Shown: positions 42,502 through 53,141 of the stretch, piece by piece
Numbering within the stretch: the first letter of the stretch is position 1
How the letters are laid out: the number at the start of each line of letters is the position of its first letter
IMG/VR virus record: IMGVR_UViG_3300005613_000002
Span: 62,001 to 126,000 of that record
Strand: one strand, 5' to 3'
Length of the DNA stretch: 64,000 bases
Position numbers and translations under genes: made by a program
The notes under the pieces: model-generated
The model's input: the letters and a program-made list of their open reading frames with translations, nothing else
Database searches by the model: none
Told to the model about the DNA's origin: nothing

Positions 42502-45500
42502 ATGACGAACGTTTTAGAACATAAAAGTATAATGTATATTGATGACCCAAATGGTATCAATGTAAATACTGATATAATTAATGGTATTCCACAATATCAA
42601 GATATGCATATATATGCTGAACTAACAGCAGTTAGAAAAGGTAGAAGTGTAATTACTATTGGTGATGATTTTGAAACTGATGATACTTTTAATGTTAATT
42701 TCATTGGAGTTAATCAAAATGAAGATAATCCAAATAATATGAGTTTTAGTACCAATTACTATGACGGTAGTACTGGTTCAAATGAAAAACAAATGGAATC
42801 GTTTGGTATTAGCAATATTAAAGTTACAGTTAATTCATCATACGTTCCACAAATTAATATACAATTTATTGATTTTAGAGGTTTATCATTTTTTAATCAA
42901 GAAAATTCACCATATAGAATATTATTTGATTTCCCACCACCAATATTCAACTTAAAAATTAAGGGTTATTATGGAAGAACATTAGAATATAATTTACATT
43001 TAGTTAAATATGATACTGAATTTAAATCAGATAATGGTAATTTTATTATTGATGCACAATTTGTCGCATTAACATATGCACCATTAACTGATATATTATT
43101 TAGATATATTACAAATATGCCATTGACTGTTAACAAGGAATCGTTAACTTCAAATACTAGTGATAAGCCAAAAAATACCAATGAATTAATGCTGAAAATA
43201 CAGAATTTATATTCTGAAGCAAATAAATTAATTGATAAGTCAGAAGAAAAAATAAAATATGATGAAGCATTGGTTGAATATGGTAAGATAGAATCAGCAA
43301 TTAATCTATTAGAAAATTATAAAAATATTTTAAAAGAAAAAGGCACACCAATTTTATTTCAAAAACACACAAAAGGCACATATGATTCATCTATACCAAT
43401 CCTTGATAGTGATTTTGATTTGATTGAAGGTTATCCAACAACTGTTGGTGAAATTGAAAAGTTAGAAAAAATAAAAGATTATAATTCAACAATTAAATCA
43501 CAAAAAAATTCAGTTACATCAGATAAAACAAATTCTAAATTATTTGTTGGGTATTTGGGTGCAGCAAATAATAGTAAACAAAATGAAATGTTGTTGGAAT
43601 TTAAAAATAGATTATCATCATCATCAATTGCTTTGGTTTCTGAAAATAGTATCGGAAGTCCTGAAATTATTAATGATGCATTAATACCAACATCAACAGT
43701 AACAATAAGTTCGTATTTTGTTATTGATATAACAACATTTTATGTTGAATTATATAGAAAGAAATTAGAAGTTATTGAAAAAAGGAAAAATTTATCAAAA
43801 TCAATTAATTTGATGATAAATAATTCAATTTTACAAAATCTTGGTATGATACCAACGATATATAATATATTTAAAATTATTTTAGATGATGTTGATGATT
43901 TTTTTGATATATTAAAGAAAACATCGGTTGATGCTGAAAATCATCATAATAAATTTAAATCTGAAATTATTTCTAAAATAGCACCAAACGATAATCAAAG
44001 TGGTTCTGAATATTTATATCCTTTTCCATTGATTATAAAAAATGAAGTTGGTCATTGTTTTAATAGAGAAGTAAGGACATCACCAAAAGAAATTAATGAT
44101 GTAATATCTGAACCATTTCCTGAAAGTAAATTGATAATGGAATTTATTGAAAGTTTTAATAAACAAAAACAATTTGCTATTGATTTTAAAGCGAGAACAA
44201 ACGTAAATGATGATGGTACTGCAACATGGATTCCAGTTTCACCTTTAGATTCAACATTAGGTGATGTAAGTCCTGTTTCACCATATGCTGGTAGAGTTGG
44301 AAATATCGATAATGTTCTCCAAACATTATTAGAAAGATTTTATATTCTAACACAATATTCAATTGGTAATGATTTTTATGATACTAACGATGTTAGCAAT
44401 CCAAATGCTTCTAAATATTATATTGATTTATATTCATATTCAGAAGCATTAAATATTGCATTATCTGTTAGTAATACAAATGTTTCAAATAATTTAATTG
44501 ATTTTGCTAAAAAATATTCAAAAGAAAATAGAATTCAATATTTTTATGATTATTTAGATAGTAATATAAATATTAATAACTACAGTAAACTTGATAATTA
44601 TTACGTTATTGATGGAGTTTATTATGTTGATAAAAGTAATAGTTCATATAAAGGGACAACTCTTTATCGACCTGAGATTCAACTACAAAACATACAACAA
44701 GATGATGATAATCCGCTATCAGTTTTTTTAACTGAGGTAAATAAAAAACAGAAAACAGGTTCTTGGTTTTGGAATAGGACTAAATTACCTGAATCAGCAT
44801 ATTTATTTACTAAAGAAAATGTACTTTACATTAAAGACGCACCAGTAAGTGGTGGGGAAATTGATGATAATCCAGATATCGTTTCTACTAGATTTTTAAC
44901 AAAAGCATCATTAATTGAAGATATTGGTGAATCTAATACTGGACTTCCTGATTCAATAAATAAAACATTATATGATGGATATGTAAACATATTATTAACT
45001 GAAGGTAATAGTGGTTTTAGTAAAATTCCAAATACTAATAAAAAAGTGAATATTAGTTCTAGTGATAATTTCATTGTAAATAATTTTATTAATATGATTA
45101 CTATTTGGTCTAATGAATTAGGTGTAAATGATGGTAATTTATACGATGATGTAATTAATAATTCTAGCGAATTAAGTGCAACTATTATATTATCTAATTT
45201 TGGTTTTACATTAAGTTGTTATAATTTATATCCTAAATATTTAAATGAAAGCATATTTCAAACACCAGCAGCAATTGAAGTACCTAGTTATATAGCATTA
45301 TATATTGGTTCACTAGTTAATGCAACAACTAATGGTAGATTAGATGAATTATTAAATTATTTTTCTGGTGGTAGTGGTTATAATTTAACTAGTAAAGGGT
45401 ATTATATTTTTGCCGATATTTATGACATTAATAATTATTTATCTGATGTTGATAAAACTTATTATAAAGATTTATACGATAATTGGTATTCTAATGGTTA

Positions 45501-47445
45501 TAGCAATATTAGAGAAAGTCTAAAAGATTTATATGATGAAATATATAATAATTCATCAGCAAGAAATAATTCAACACTTAAAACTTCATTATATAAATAT
45601 GCATTAAGTCCTGAACGTGTAATGGCTGATAAAAGTAAAAATTATTATGATAATATTTTAGCACCACTATTAGAAAGAAGGAACATCATTGTTTATAGTC
45701 AAAACACATTTAAAAGATATATAACAGACAATAACACTGTTTTTGAACCATTAAAAACAGTGAACGATAATAGTGTAATTGGTGATGGGGTAAAGAAAAA
45801 AGCTAATGATGTATTCTTTGCTAATTTTTTCACTAAATTAGCAGAGATATTAACTGAAAAAAATATCGATATTGCTGAAGAAGATAATGAAAGGAAAAAA
45901 ATATCTGGTGATGAAGATGTAACAACACAGTTATATTATTCATTTAAAAATATTAATGACAAATGGTTAAGTAATCCAAATAAAAATTTTGGTGGGTCAA
46001 GTGGTTATCCTTCAAATAGAGATGGTAGAAAATTGATTGATTCGTTTGCGTTTATTGATAGAGCAATGAACCCTATTGGTGATACTATCATAAACCCTGA
46101 AATATTGTTAGAATTGTTTGAAGATACTAATGTTTCAGTTTTTAGTGTGTTAGCTCAATTATTATCGATGAATGGTTTTGAATTTTTTCCGCTTCAAAAT
46201 TTTATGACTCATAGTAGAGAAAGTTGGGGGGATTCATTCAAAATTGACCCAAGTGGTCTTGTAACAAAAAGAGATGCATTTATATGTATGTATATTGGTG
46301 GTAGTTCTAGTTATCCTAGTAATATTAGTAAAAATGGGTTTATTAATGATGGAATTATTGATATTACAGATACTGATGCAGTTGATTTTAACGTAGAAAG
46401 TACAGATTGTAATACTAAGACTGAATATGATAATCAAGTTGCAAATAATATAGATTTTCCATATCAACAAGTACGTGCATTTAGAGTGAAATTTGGTGAA
46501 CAAAATCAGTCTATGTTTAAAGATATTAAAATTAATAGTAAAGAATTTCCTGAAACAAATGAATCATTACAAATTTTATCAAGATTAGCAGGTGATTTAG
46601 GAAAAACAAAACCAATACCTAAAGGACAAAATTTATATAATTTATATGAGAATCGTGCATATAGTGCAGCAATAACTGGTCTTGGTAATGCAATGATTCA
46701 ACCAACACAGTATTTTCAATTAGATAATGTGCCATTATTTAATGGCGCATATTTAATATTGTCTGTTGAACATGATATTAGTCAAAATAAAATGTCAACA
46801 ATGTTTTCAGGTACTAAAATATTAAAGTATCCAATCCCAAAGGTTACGAATCCAGCAGCAGTAATGGGTTTTGATATTGGTAGTTCTGATGTAACTGATT
46901 GGGATGCATTAAATGATAGTACACCAACAACTAATGATGGGAATGAAGATTTAATATCTGAATCTACTCCTGAAATAAATGGTTATATTCAATTAAATGC
47001 ACCAATTGCTCCATCAAAAGTTAGATTTACTGGTGATTATGGTGATGTTAGAAGTACTGGTCATATACATCGTGGACTTGATTTTGCAGCAAATGCTGGT
47101 ACTGAAATATGGGCAGTTGCAGATGGTGAGATAGTACTTAAATATTATAGTGAAAGTTATGGTAATAATATTGTAATTGACCACGGTAATAATCACTATT
47201 CGCAATATGCACACATGTTAGATTCATCACCAAATGTTAGTGTTGGTGATGAAGTGGAGGCTGGTGAAACTATTGGTCATTGTGGAACAACTGGAAAACC
47301 GAGTACTGGAACACACTTACATTTTGAATACAGAATAGGTGCAGGTGGTGGTAGCAAAACAGGTACTAAACAAGCTGTAGACCCAAAACCATATCTACAA
47401 ACATCAATGAAGTATGTATGGAAAAGTAATAAATTAACAATATAA
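42502..47445 (+). CDS. Giant baseplate hub-like protein with C-terminal M23 peptidase
   Basis: Hub-like GLGNAMIQPTQYF..FNGAYLILSVEH motif; M23 HRGLDF, YAHM and HLHFE motifs; late motif at 42485. Confidence 0.75.
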   Translation: MTNVLEHKSIMYIDDPNGINVNTDIINGIPQYQDMHIYAELTAVRKGRSVITIGDDFETDDTFNVNFIGVNQNEDNPNNMSFSTNYYDGSTGSNEKQMESFGISNIKVTVNSSYVPQINIQFIDFRGLSFFNQENSPYRILFDFPPPIFNLKIKGYYGRTLEYNLHLVKYDTEFKSDNGNFIIDAQFVALTYAPLTDILFRYITNMPLTVNKESLTSNTSDKPKNTNELMLKIQNLYSEANKLIDKSEEKIKYDEALVEYGKIESAINLLENYKNILKEKGTPILFQKHTKGTYDSSIPILDSDFDLIEGYPTTVGEIEKLEKIKDYNSTIKSQKNSVTSDKTNSKLFVGYLGAANNSKQNEMLLEFKNRLSSSSIALVSENSIGSPEIINDALIPTSTVTISSYFVIDITTFYVELYRKKLEVIEKRKNLSKSINLMINNSILQNLGMIPTIYNIFKIILDDVDDFFDILKKTSVDAENHHNKFKSEIISKIAPNDNQSGSEYLYPFPLIIKNEVGHCFNREVRTSPKEINDVISEPFPESKLIMEFIESFNKQKQFAIDFKARTNVNDDGTATWIPVSPLDSTLGDVSPVSPYAGRVGNIDNVLQTLLERFYILTQYSIGNDFYDTNDVSNPNASKYYIDLYSYSEALNIALSVSNTNVSNNLIDFAKKYSKENRIQYFYDYLDSNININNYSKLDNYYVIDGVYYVDKSNSSYKGTTLYRPEIQLQNIQQDDDNPLSVFLTEVNKKQKTGSWFWNRTKLPESAYLFTKENVLYIKDAPVSGGEIDDNPDIVSTRFLTKASLIEDIGESNTGLPDSINKTLYDGYVNILLTEGNSGFSKIPNTNKKVNISSSDNFIVNNFINMITIWSNELGVNDGNLYDDVINNSSELSATIILSNFGFTLSCYNLYPKYLNESIFQTPAAIEVPSYIALYIGSLVNATTNGRLDELLNYFSGGSGYNLTSKGYYIFADIYDINNYLSDVDKTYYKDLYDNWYSNGYSNIRESLKDLYDEIYNNSSARNNSTLKTSLYKYALSPERVMADKSKNYYDNILAPLLERRNIIVYSQNTFKRYITDNNTVFEPLKTVNDNSVIGDGVKKKANDVFFANFFTKLAEILTEKNIDIAEEDNERKKISGDEDVTTQLYYSFKNINDKWLSNPNKNFGGSSGYPSNRDGRKLIDSFAFIDRAMNPIGDTIINPEILLELFEDTNVSVFSVLAQLLSMNGFEFFPLQNFMTHSRESWGDSFKIDPSGLVTKRDAFICMYIGGSSSYPSNISKNGFINDGIIDITDTDAVDFNVESTDCNTKTEYDNQVANNIDFPYQQVRAFRVKFGEQNQSMFKDIKINSKEFPETNESLQILSRLAGDLGKTKPIPKGQNLYNLYENRAYSAAITGLGNAMIQPTQYFQLDNVPLFNGAYLILSVEHDISQNKMSTMFSGTKILKYPIPKVTNPAAVMGFDIGSSDVTDWDALNDSTPTTNDGNEDLISESTPEINGYIQLNAPIAPSKVRFTGDYGDVRSTGHIHRGLDFAANAGTEIWAVADGEIVLKYYSESYGNNIVIDHGNNHYSQYAHMLDSSPNVSVGDEVEAGETIGHCGTTGKPSTGTHLHFEYRIGAGGGSKTGTKQAVDPKPYLQTSMKYVWKSNKLTI

Positions 47446-47474
47446 AAAAAGACCTGCATTGCAGGTCTTTTTTT
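47444..47474. terminator. Bidirectional terminator
   Basis: AAAAAAAGACCTGCA-T-TGCAGGTCTTTTTTT. Confidence 0.85.
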
Positions 47475-48249
47475 ATAATATTTCTTTTTTTAATTCATAT
47501 AGACTTAAAATATCGTTATCAACATTTACTTTATCATATTTCATTTCTTTTATTTTTTGAATTGCCTTTTTAATGTTATCTTCAACATTTTCATTATTAG
47601 CACCTTCTAATAATTTTAAGTTTTCATCTTTTAAAGATTCAAGTAAATCTTCCTTTTCAATATTATTAAATTTTATTAATTTCTGCAATAATCTTTTATC
47701 TTCCTCATTTAAACTCCCATATTTCTCATTATATTTATTAATTGCAATTTCAACAATATTTTCGTTAATGAGGTCATTTTTACTGTTTTTTATTATATTA
47801 TCCTTTGGTGTTTTTATATGATTTAAAACGAATGAATAAGATTCGTCAATTTTATTAACATCTACATCATTATTATCAATTAATGATTGTTCAATTAATG
47901 TGAATATTGACTCATATAAAGTAATCTTATTTTCATCATCATAATTTATATTTTCATTTAAAAATGATTTCAATTTTTCATGTTCTTTTTCAATTTCTTC
48001 AATCGTATAGATTTCAAATAAATTAATATTATTATCAATATAACGTGATGCAGCTAAATCATCATCAATATGTTTATTTTCAATATTATTAAAAATTTTA
48101 AATTCTAATTGTAATATTGGTGAATCTTTAACTATTTCAAAAAATTCAGTGATGTTATTTTTTGATTCATCTAAATTCTTATTAAAATAAGAATCTTTTA
48201 GTTTATTTGAAATTATATAATTAATAATCCCTATGTTTAATTTTTCCAT
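47473..48249 (-). CDS. Hypothetical head-associated protein
   Basis: Follows the portal gene; late motif at 48270; several LNE/INE sites. Confidence 0.65.
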   Translation of the reverse strand: MEKLNIGIINYIISNKLKDSYFNKNLDESKNNITEFFEIVKDSPILQLEFKIFNNIENKHIDDDLAASRYIDNNINLFEIYTIEEIEKEHEKLKSFLNENINYDDENKITLYESIFTLIEQSLIDNNDVDVNKIDESYSFVLNHIKTPKDNIIKNSKNDLINENIVEIAINKYNEKYGSLNEEDKRLLQKLIKFNNIEKEDLLESLKDENLKLLEGANNENVEDNIKKAIQKIKEMKYDKVNVDNDILSLYELKKEIL

Positions 48250-48305
48250 ACTGTTGTCTTAATTTTAATATAAATACTTTTATTAGTAATTAAAAACGAA
48301 TCTTG

Positions 48306-50303
48306 TTATTTTTTTTCAATATCATCAACATTTAAATCATTTAGATCAACATCTTCGATATTATCAGTTTTCTCAACAGTATTAATACTGTCTGAATTTT
48401 CTAATAAAACATTTATCTCATTAACCATATTATTTGCTTTATTATTTAGTTTATCGTTTGTTTTCTCATTTTCATTAATAAGTTTTTTATTGATAACCTC
48501 ATTTTTTGTCTTATTAGTTCCAGCAAAAACTAATTTTTCAACATGATTATTAAATTCTTCTTCACTTAATTTACTTTGCACTTCAGCTAATGGTGATATG
48601 CCTCCTGCTGGTTCACTACCAACCATTCCTCCTGCTGGTGGTGCATCACCCATTCCACCACCTAATGGTTCATCACTCATAGGTGCATCACCTATTGGAG
48701 CACCACCATCTGGTGGTAATTCACCTTGTTCTGTCCCACCTGACATTTCAATAGCACCTTCTGGTTCACCAAATCTTTTATCAATATCACTAAATAAACC
48801 AGTTTTCTTAATAATTACTGGTGCATCGGCTAGTTCTTGTTGAACAACTTTTTCCATTTTTTGATGCTTTAAATCTTCAACAATTTGATTATCACTCATG
48901 TTAAAGACTAATCGTTTTGCATTTGTATGTGACATGGCAGCAATACCGCTTTCACCACGAGTTAATTCAGTATATGTTTGTGCCTTATCACGCATTAACT
49001 CAGATTTCATCATTTCTTGTTGAGTTGATGGATTGGTTAATGTTAGTTCAAAACTACTCACATCTTCCCCACTATAACCCAATAAATATAAATGAATCAT
49101 TGCCATTTTATTGAGTTCTTGAATAATTGCTTGTTGAATTCGACTTACTTTTTTCGCAAAACGTATATCATATTGTGCCATATTTTTACCACCACCAGAT
49201 GCATCTTGGAAACTTAAAAATGGCTTTGGAACACCTAATCCCATAAATAAATTATCACGAAGATATTCAATATCCTGTATGGCATCTAGGTTTGATGCCC
49301 CCGGGAGAGTATCAATACCTGTTTGAGTATTTGCGTTTCTTACTGGTAGAAAATAATCTTCATCATTACCTAATATGTTGAAACGATAATCAATTTGACC
49401 ATCATTCGGTGAAACTTGAGCAACTTTTTTAAATTTGGTAGCAACTTTATAGATATAATCCTCGATATCGTCTTCATCAATATTACCAACATCAATTTTA
49501 AATACTTTTTTCTCACCAGCACGAATAATACGATAAGTTAACATAGCATCTTCAGCCATAACTAATTGTCTAAAAACTCTACGAATTTTATTTAATACTG
49601 ATGAACCATATGGTAAATATTTATCATCACCCAATAATCTAAAATGTGCAATTTCAAAAACATTAAATTCATCACCAGTCATTCTTTCTTTAAACATAAC
49701 CGATGGTTTACCATTTTGAATTCTTTCAAATCTTTCTATTTCATAATTAACTAATTGTTTTACATGAGTAATTCCTTTTTTTCTTTCACCATAAAGTAAA
49801 ACAAAGTTATCACCATACTTTACAGTATTTCTAACCCAAAATGGTAGATTAACATTCACATTTACAATATCATAGAAAAATTCTTCTAATAAAAGTTTTA
49901 TCCTTTCTTTATTTGAAAAAATATTTAACATTTTCCCATTAATCCCAATAGTTGTTGCTTCTTCCATAAATAAATCCAAGGCACTTGAAATAATTGGATA
50001 ATATTCCATACCCTCATAATCAATATATGCTGGAAGTCTAGCTGCTTCATATTGTAATGCTTTTTGGAATCCTCTATCAGTAGTACGGAAAAATTTATTT
50101 TGGAGTTCTCTTTTTTGTTGTAATTCTAATCCTTTTTTATGTATATCTTCGGGACTATTACCTTTAATTATAATTTTAGCTTCTTTTGAAGTTGGTGTTG
50201 ATTTTGATACATTTGGTTGTGCATCTGGCGTGTCAAAACCACCCATATTAAAGAATTGGTTGATTTCTTGATATATTGTTCCCTTTTTTTCTTTATTAGC
50301 CAT
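48306..50303 (-). CDS. gp20: Portal protein
   Basis: QLVMAEDAMLTYRIIRA.EKKVFKIDVGN, EDYFLP, IDTLPG and DIRFA motifs. Confidence 0.93.
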   Translation of the reverse strand: MANKEKKGTIYQEINQFFNMGGFDTPDAQPNVSKSTPTSKEAKIIIKGNSPEDIHKKGLELQQKRELQNKFFRTTDRGFQKALQYEAARLPAYIDYEGMEYYPIISSALDLFMEEATTIGINGKMLNIFSNKERIKLLLEEFFYDIVNVNVNLPFWVRNTVKYGDNFVLLYGERKKGITHVKQLVNYEIERFERIQNGKPSVMFKERMTGDEFNVFEIAHFRLLGDDKYLPYGSSVLNKIRRVFRQLVMAEDAMLTYRIIRAGEKKVFKIDVGNIDEDDIEDYIYKVATKFKKVAQVSPNDGQIDYRFNILGNDEDYFLPVRNANTQTGIDTLPGASNLDAIQDIEYLRDNLFMGLGVPKPFLSFQDASGGGKNMAQYDIRFAKKVSRIQQAIIQELNKMAMIHLYLLGYSGEDVSSFELTLTNPSTQQEMMKSELMRDKAQTYTELTRGESGIAAMSHTNAKRLVFNMSDNQIVEDLKHQKMEKVVQQELADAPVIIKKTGLFSDIDKRFGEPEGAIEMSGGTEQGELPPDGGAPIGDAPMSDEPLGGGMGDAPPAGGMVGSEPAGGISPLAEVQSKLSEEEFNNHVEKLVFAGTNKTKNEVINKKLINENEKTNDKLNNKANNMVNEINVLLENSDSINTVEKTDNIEDVDLNDLNVDDIEKK

Positions 50304-50380
50304 TTTATAATTTTTTATATTTTTTTATAAATACTTTCATTTTTGCGAAAAGTACACTTTTAGATAAATACATTTAAATT

Positions 50381-52426
50381 TTAGTTTTTCTTATTTAATC
50401 CATCAAACAACCAAGCATTAGTAATATGTTGATTTAAAGGTGAAGTACTATTTAATGATGATAAATTACTATTTTTATTTTTATCTTTTTTTGACATTTG
50501 ACTTATATCATTATTTGTTATAATAGCATTTAATAGTTTTTCAGTTATTCCTTTATTTTGTTTAAATCTAGCCATATCAAAATTTAAAACAAACAAACCA
50601 ATAGATAATCCCATTATTGAATCATCATGGAATGAACGTTTATGATCTGCAACCCTATTTCCAGCCACTGTAACGAATGTTTTTAGTTCATTTAATAATC
50701 TGAATGATCTAATTATTACATCCTCTAAATGGATAGCTCTCTGCAATTCAAGCAATACTGATGGTCGATTATTACCGATAAAGAATCCGGGTATTAAATC
50801 AACATTCACAATAGCACCATCTGACATTATTTTTTGACCTTTTTTTATGTAACCTTGTAATCTATCTCTCGATGGCTTATGTGATACTTCAGCATAATGG
50901 ACGTTTTCATAACCAATTTCAAGTAGTTTTTCAACTGTTTGAACACCATAACCACCAGTAATATCAACAACACAATATGCATCATTATATCGTTTTCCAT
51001 ATTGATATGAAATTTCAGCAAGCATTTGTGGAGTTACTTTACCATAATATTCAGCAACTTGTTCAACTTTATGTCTTTTTATTTTTACTTTTTTTGTTTT
51101 ACCATTTTTTGTGATTTCTTTATTTTCAATAATTTCAATAGTTTTTAATATGTTAATTGTTGAATTATCCTCCCCATGTCCCGGAGATGCATCAATAGCC
51201 ATTATATAATCTTCACCAACTATTGAATCCTCCCAAATCCACATATTTTTATCTAAATATTCTTGACGTATTGGTGGTTTAATTTCATCATCTTGAATTC
51301 TTTTAAGGTATTCTTCAGCGATAAAATTATCACCAGACCCAAGGAATGAACATAATAATTCTTGTGCAATTTTACGCATATCACCATTTGCATCTCTAAC
51401 TTGTTCTTCAAACCAAGGTGAACTTGCTTCCCAACCTTCATCAGCTAATTCAATTCTTCTTTCATTATCCCAACCTTCATCAGGTAATTCAATTACGTTT
51501 TCCTTTCCTTTATTTTTTAACCAAACTAATTCTTTATTATATCGTGGGTCATTATACCACCATAATTCAACTGCTTTAAAATTATTTTCACCTCTACGTG
51601 CACCATCAAAAGTTTTATAGAAAACAGCATCTAATCCAGATGGTGTACTAACCATAATGGCAGAACCACCAGTTTGTAATGTTGGTTTTGCTGATGTCCA
51701 GAATTTATCACCTTTTTCAGTCCAAGCAGTTTCATCCCAGAATAGTAATGTTGGTGTATAACCACGAAGTCCTTTAGATGAAAACGCACCTAATGATGAA
51801 CCATTATCATATCTTTTTAATTTTTGAGTATCTTTAAATTTATCATCAGATTCTTTACCTGTTTTTGGTCTTAAAAAATCTGGACATCCTTCGATAAACA
51901 TAACAACATCATTCATTAATTCATCACGTGCAGTTTCTAATTTATCAGCAACGATAGCAACACTACGATTTAAGTTAAACATCACATACCAAGCAATATA
52001 TGCACAAGTTGTTGTTGAAATACCTGCTTGACGATATTTATTGGCTACTACGAATCTATTTTTTGTGAAAGTATTAACTAGTTTATTTTGGAAATCGAAA
52101 AGTTTAAAATTAACAATCAAACCTGAAATCCCTTGTGTTTGGTCAAAGATTGTTAAATATGTTTCAATGAAATATACAGGGTCAGTAGCGCATTTCACAA
52201 ATTCACGTTCTTTTTCATCAATAGTTAAATCACTAGCTTTAACAGCAATCCCATCACTATTAATTACAATTGGCTCAAGTTTACCACTTTTTTTTCTAAT
52301 ATCCTCTGCTAATTTTCTTCTTGATTCTTTTTCTTTTTCTCTTTGAAGATTATATGGCACAACTGGAATATGTTCAGGGAAACTATCATCTTTAATTGGA
52401 GTGATTTTTTCTTTTCTACTTTCCAT
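50381..52426 (-). CDS. terL: Terminase large subunit (T4 gp17-like)
   Basis: KCATDPVYF, KYRQAGIST, LFWDETAW, VSTPSG, QELLCSFLGSG, AIDAS.G.GED and HDD motifs. Confidence 0.95.
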   Translation of the reverse strand: MESRKEKITPIKDDSFPEHIPVVPYNLQREKEKESRRKLAEDIRKKSGKLEPIVINSDGIAVKASDLTIDEKEREFVKCATDPVYFIETYLTIFDQTQGISGLIVNFKLFDFQNKLVNTFTKNRFVVANKYRQAGISTTTCAYIAWYVMFNLNRSVAIVADKLETARDELMNDVVMFIEGCPDFLRPKTGKESDDKFKDTQKLKRYDNGSSLGAFSSKGLRGYTPTLLFWDETAWTEKGDKFWTSAKPTLQTGGSAIMVSTPSGLDAVFYKTFDGARRGENNFKAVELWWYNDPRYNKELVWLKNKGKENVIELPDEGWDNERRIELADEGWEASSPWFEEQVRDANGDMRKIAQELLCSFLGSGDNFIAEEYLKRIQDDEIKPPIRQEYLDKNMWIWEDSIVGEDYIMAIDASPGHGEDNSTINILKTIEIIENKEITKNGKTKKVKIKRHKVEQVAEYYGKVTPQMLAEISYQYGKRYNDAYCVVDITGGYGVQTVEKLLEIGYENVHYAEVSHKPSRDRLQGYIKKGQKIMSDGAIVNVDLIPGFFIGNNRPSVLLELQRAIHLEDVIIRSFRLLNELKTFVTVAGNRVADHKRSFHDDSIMGLSIGLFVLNFDMARFKQNKGITEKLLNAIITNNDISQMSKKDKNKNSNLSSLNSTSPLNQHITNAWLFDGLNKKN

Positions 52427-52469
52427 TTATAATTTTTTATAATAAATACTTAAACTATTTAAAACCGCA

Positions 52470-52503
52470 AGGCACGTTATAAATCCATTGTTATAACGTG
52501 CCT
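52470..52503. repeat. 13-bp perfect inverted repeat upstream of terL
   Basis: AGGCACGTTATAA-N8-TTATAACGTGCCT. Confidence 0.75.
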
Positions 52504-52569
52504 CGAAAACCTTTTCTTCCTAATATGGTAAGATAGGCAAATAATAAATATGATATAAATTTTTAAAAA

Positions 52570-53058
52570 TTAAAGTATTATTGATGATGTTTCAATAAAT
52601 TCATTACCTTTTAAAATAATACTTCTTGATTCAAGTACTTCTTTAATTGTTTTCAATGTCATTCCATAGTGGAAAACTAATAATGGAATATCATCATTAT
52701 TAGTATCAGAGTTAAACATTTTATCATAACTACTAACATTATGATTATCATCATCTTTTTCAGTTTCATAAGCTAGGGCATGAATATTATGAAAACCATG
52801 CATATATTCTCTATCAACTGCTTCGTGTAAACAAAATAAATCAAAAGATTTTGTTTTTAAATTTAAAACATCATTTATATATTCATCAGTTGGTGGTATT
52901 GCATTATCACAAGCAGGTGAATTATCCCAACACCAACCTTCTATATCAATATTTGATTCATCAAGAGAAAAAATAAATTCATATAAACCCTCATTTTTTG
53001 AATTATAACCAATTTTTAAAACATATATAAGTTTTAGTTTATCATCACTATATTCCAT
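52570..53058 (-). CDS. Hypothetical late protein
   Basis: Start moved to MEYSDD because a late motif lies at 53072. Confidence 0.65.
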   Translation of the reverse strand: MEYSDDKLKLIYVLKIGYNSKNEGLYEFIFSLDESNIDIEGWCWDNSPACDNAIPPTDEYINDVLNLKTKSFDLFCLHEAVDREYMHGFHNIHALAYETEKDDDNHNVSSYDKMFNSDTNNDDIPLLVFHYGMTLKTIKEVLESRSIILKGNEFIETSSIIL

Positions 53059-53086
53059 GTTATTTTTTTTCATAAATACTATAAAC

Positions 53087-53124
53087 AAAAAAAGCTATAA
53101 TACTCAAAGTATTATAGCTTTTTT
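53087..53124 (-). terminator. Intrinsic terminator
   Basis: AAAAAAGCTATAATACT-CAA-AGTATTATAGCTTTTTT. Confidence 0.8.
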
Positions 53125-53141
53125 ATGATTGTGTTTTATGA

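Noticed and set aside
30550-52426. Introns or inteins in thyA, capsid, portal or terL
   Set aside because: The ORFs are continuous, with only modest insertions and no intein terminal motifs.
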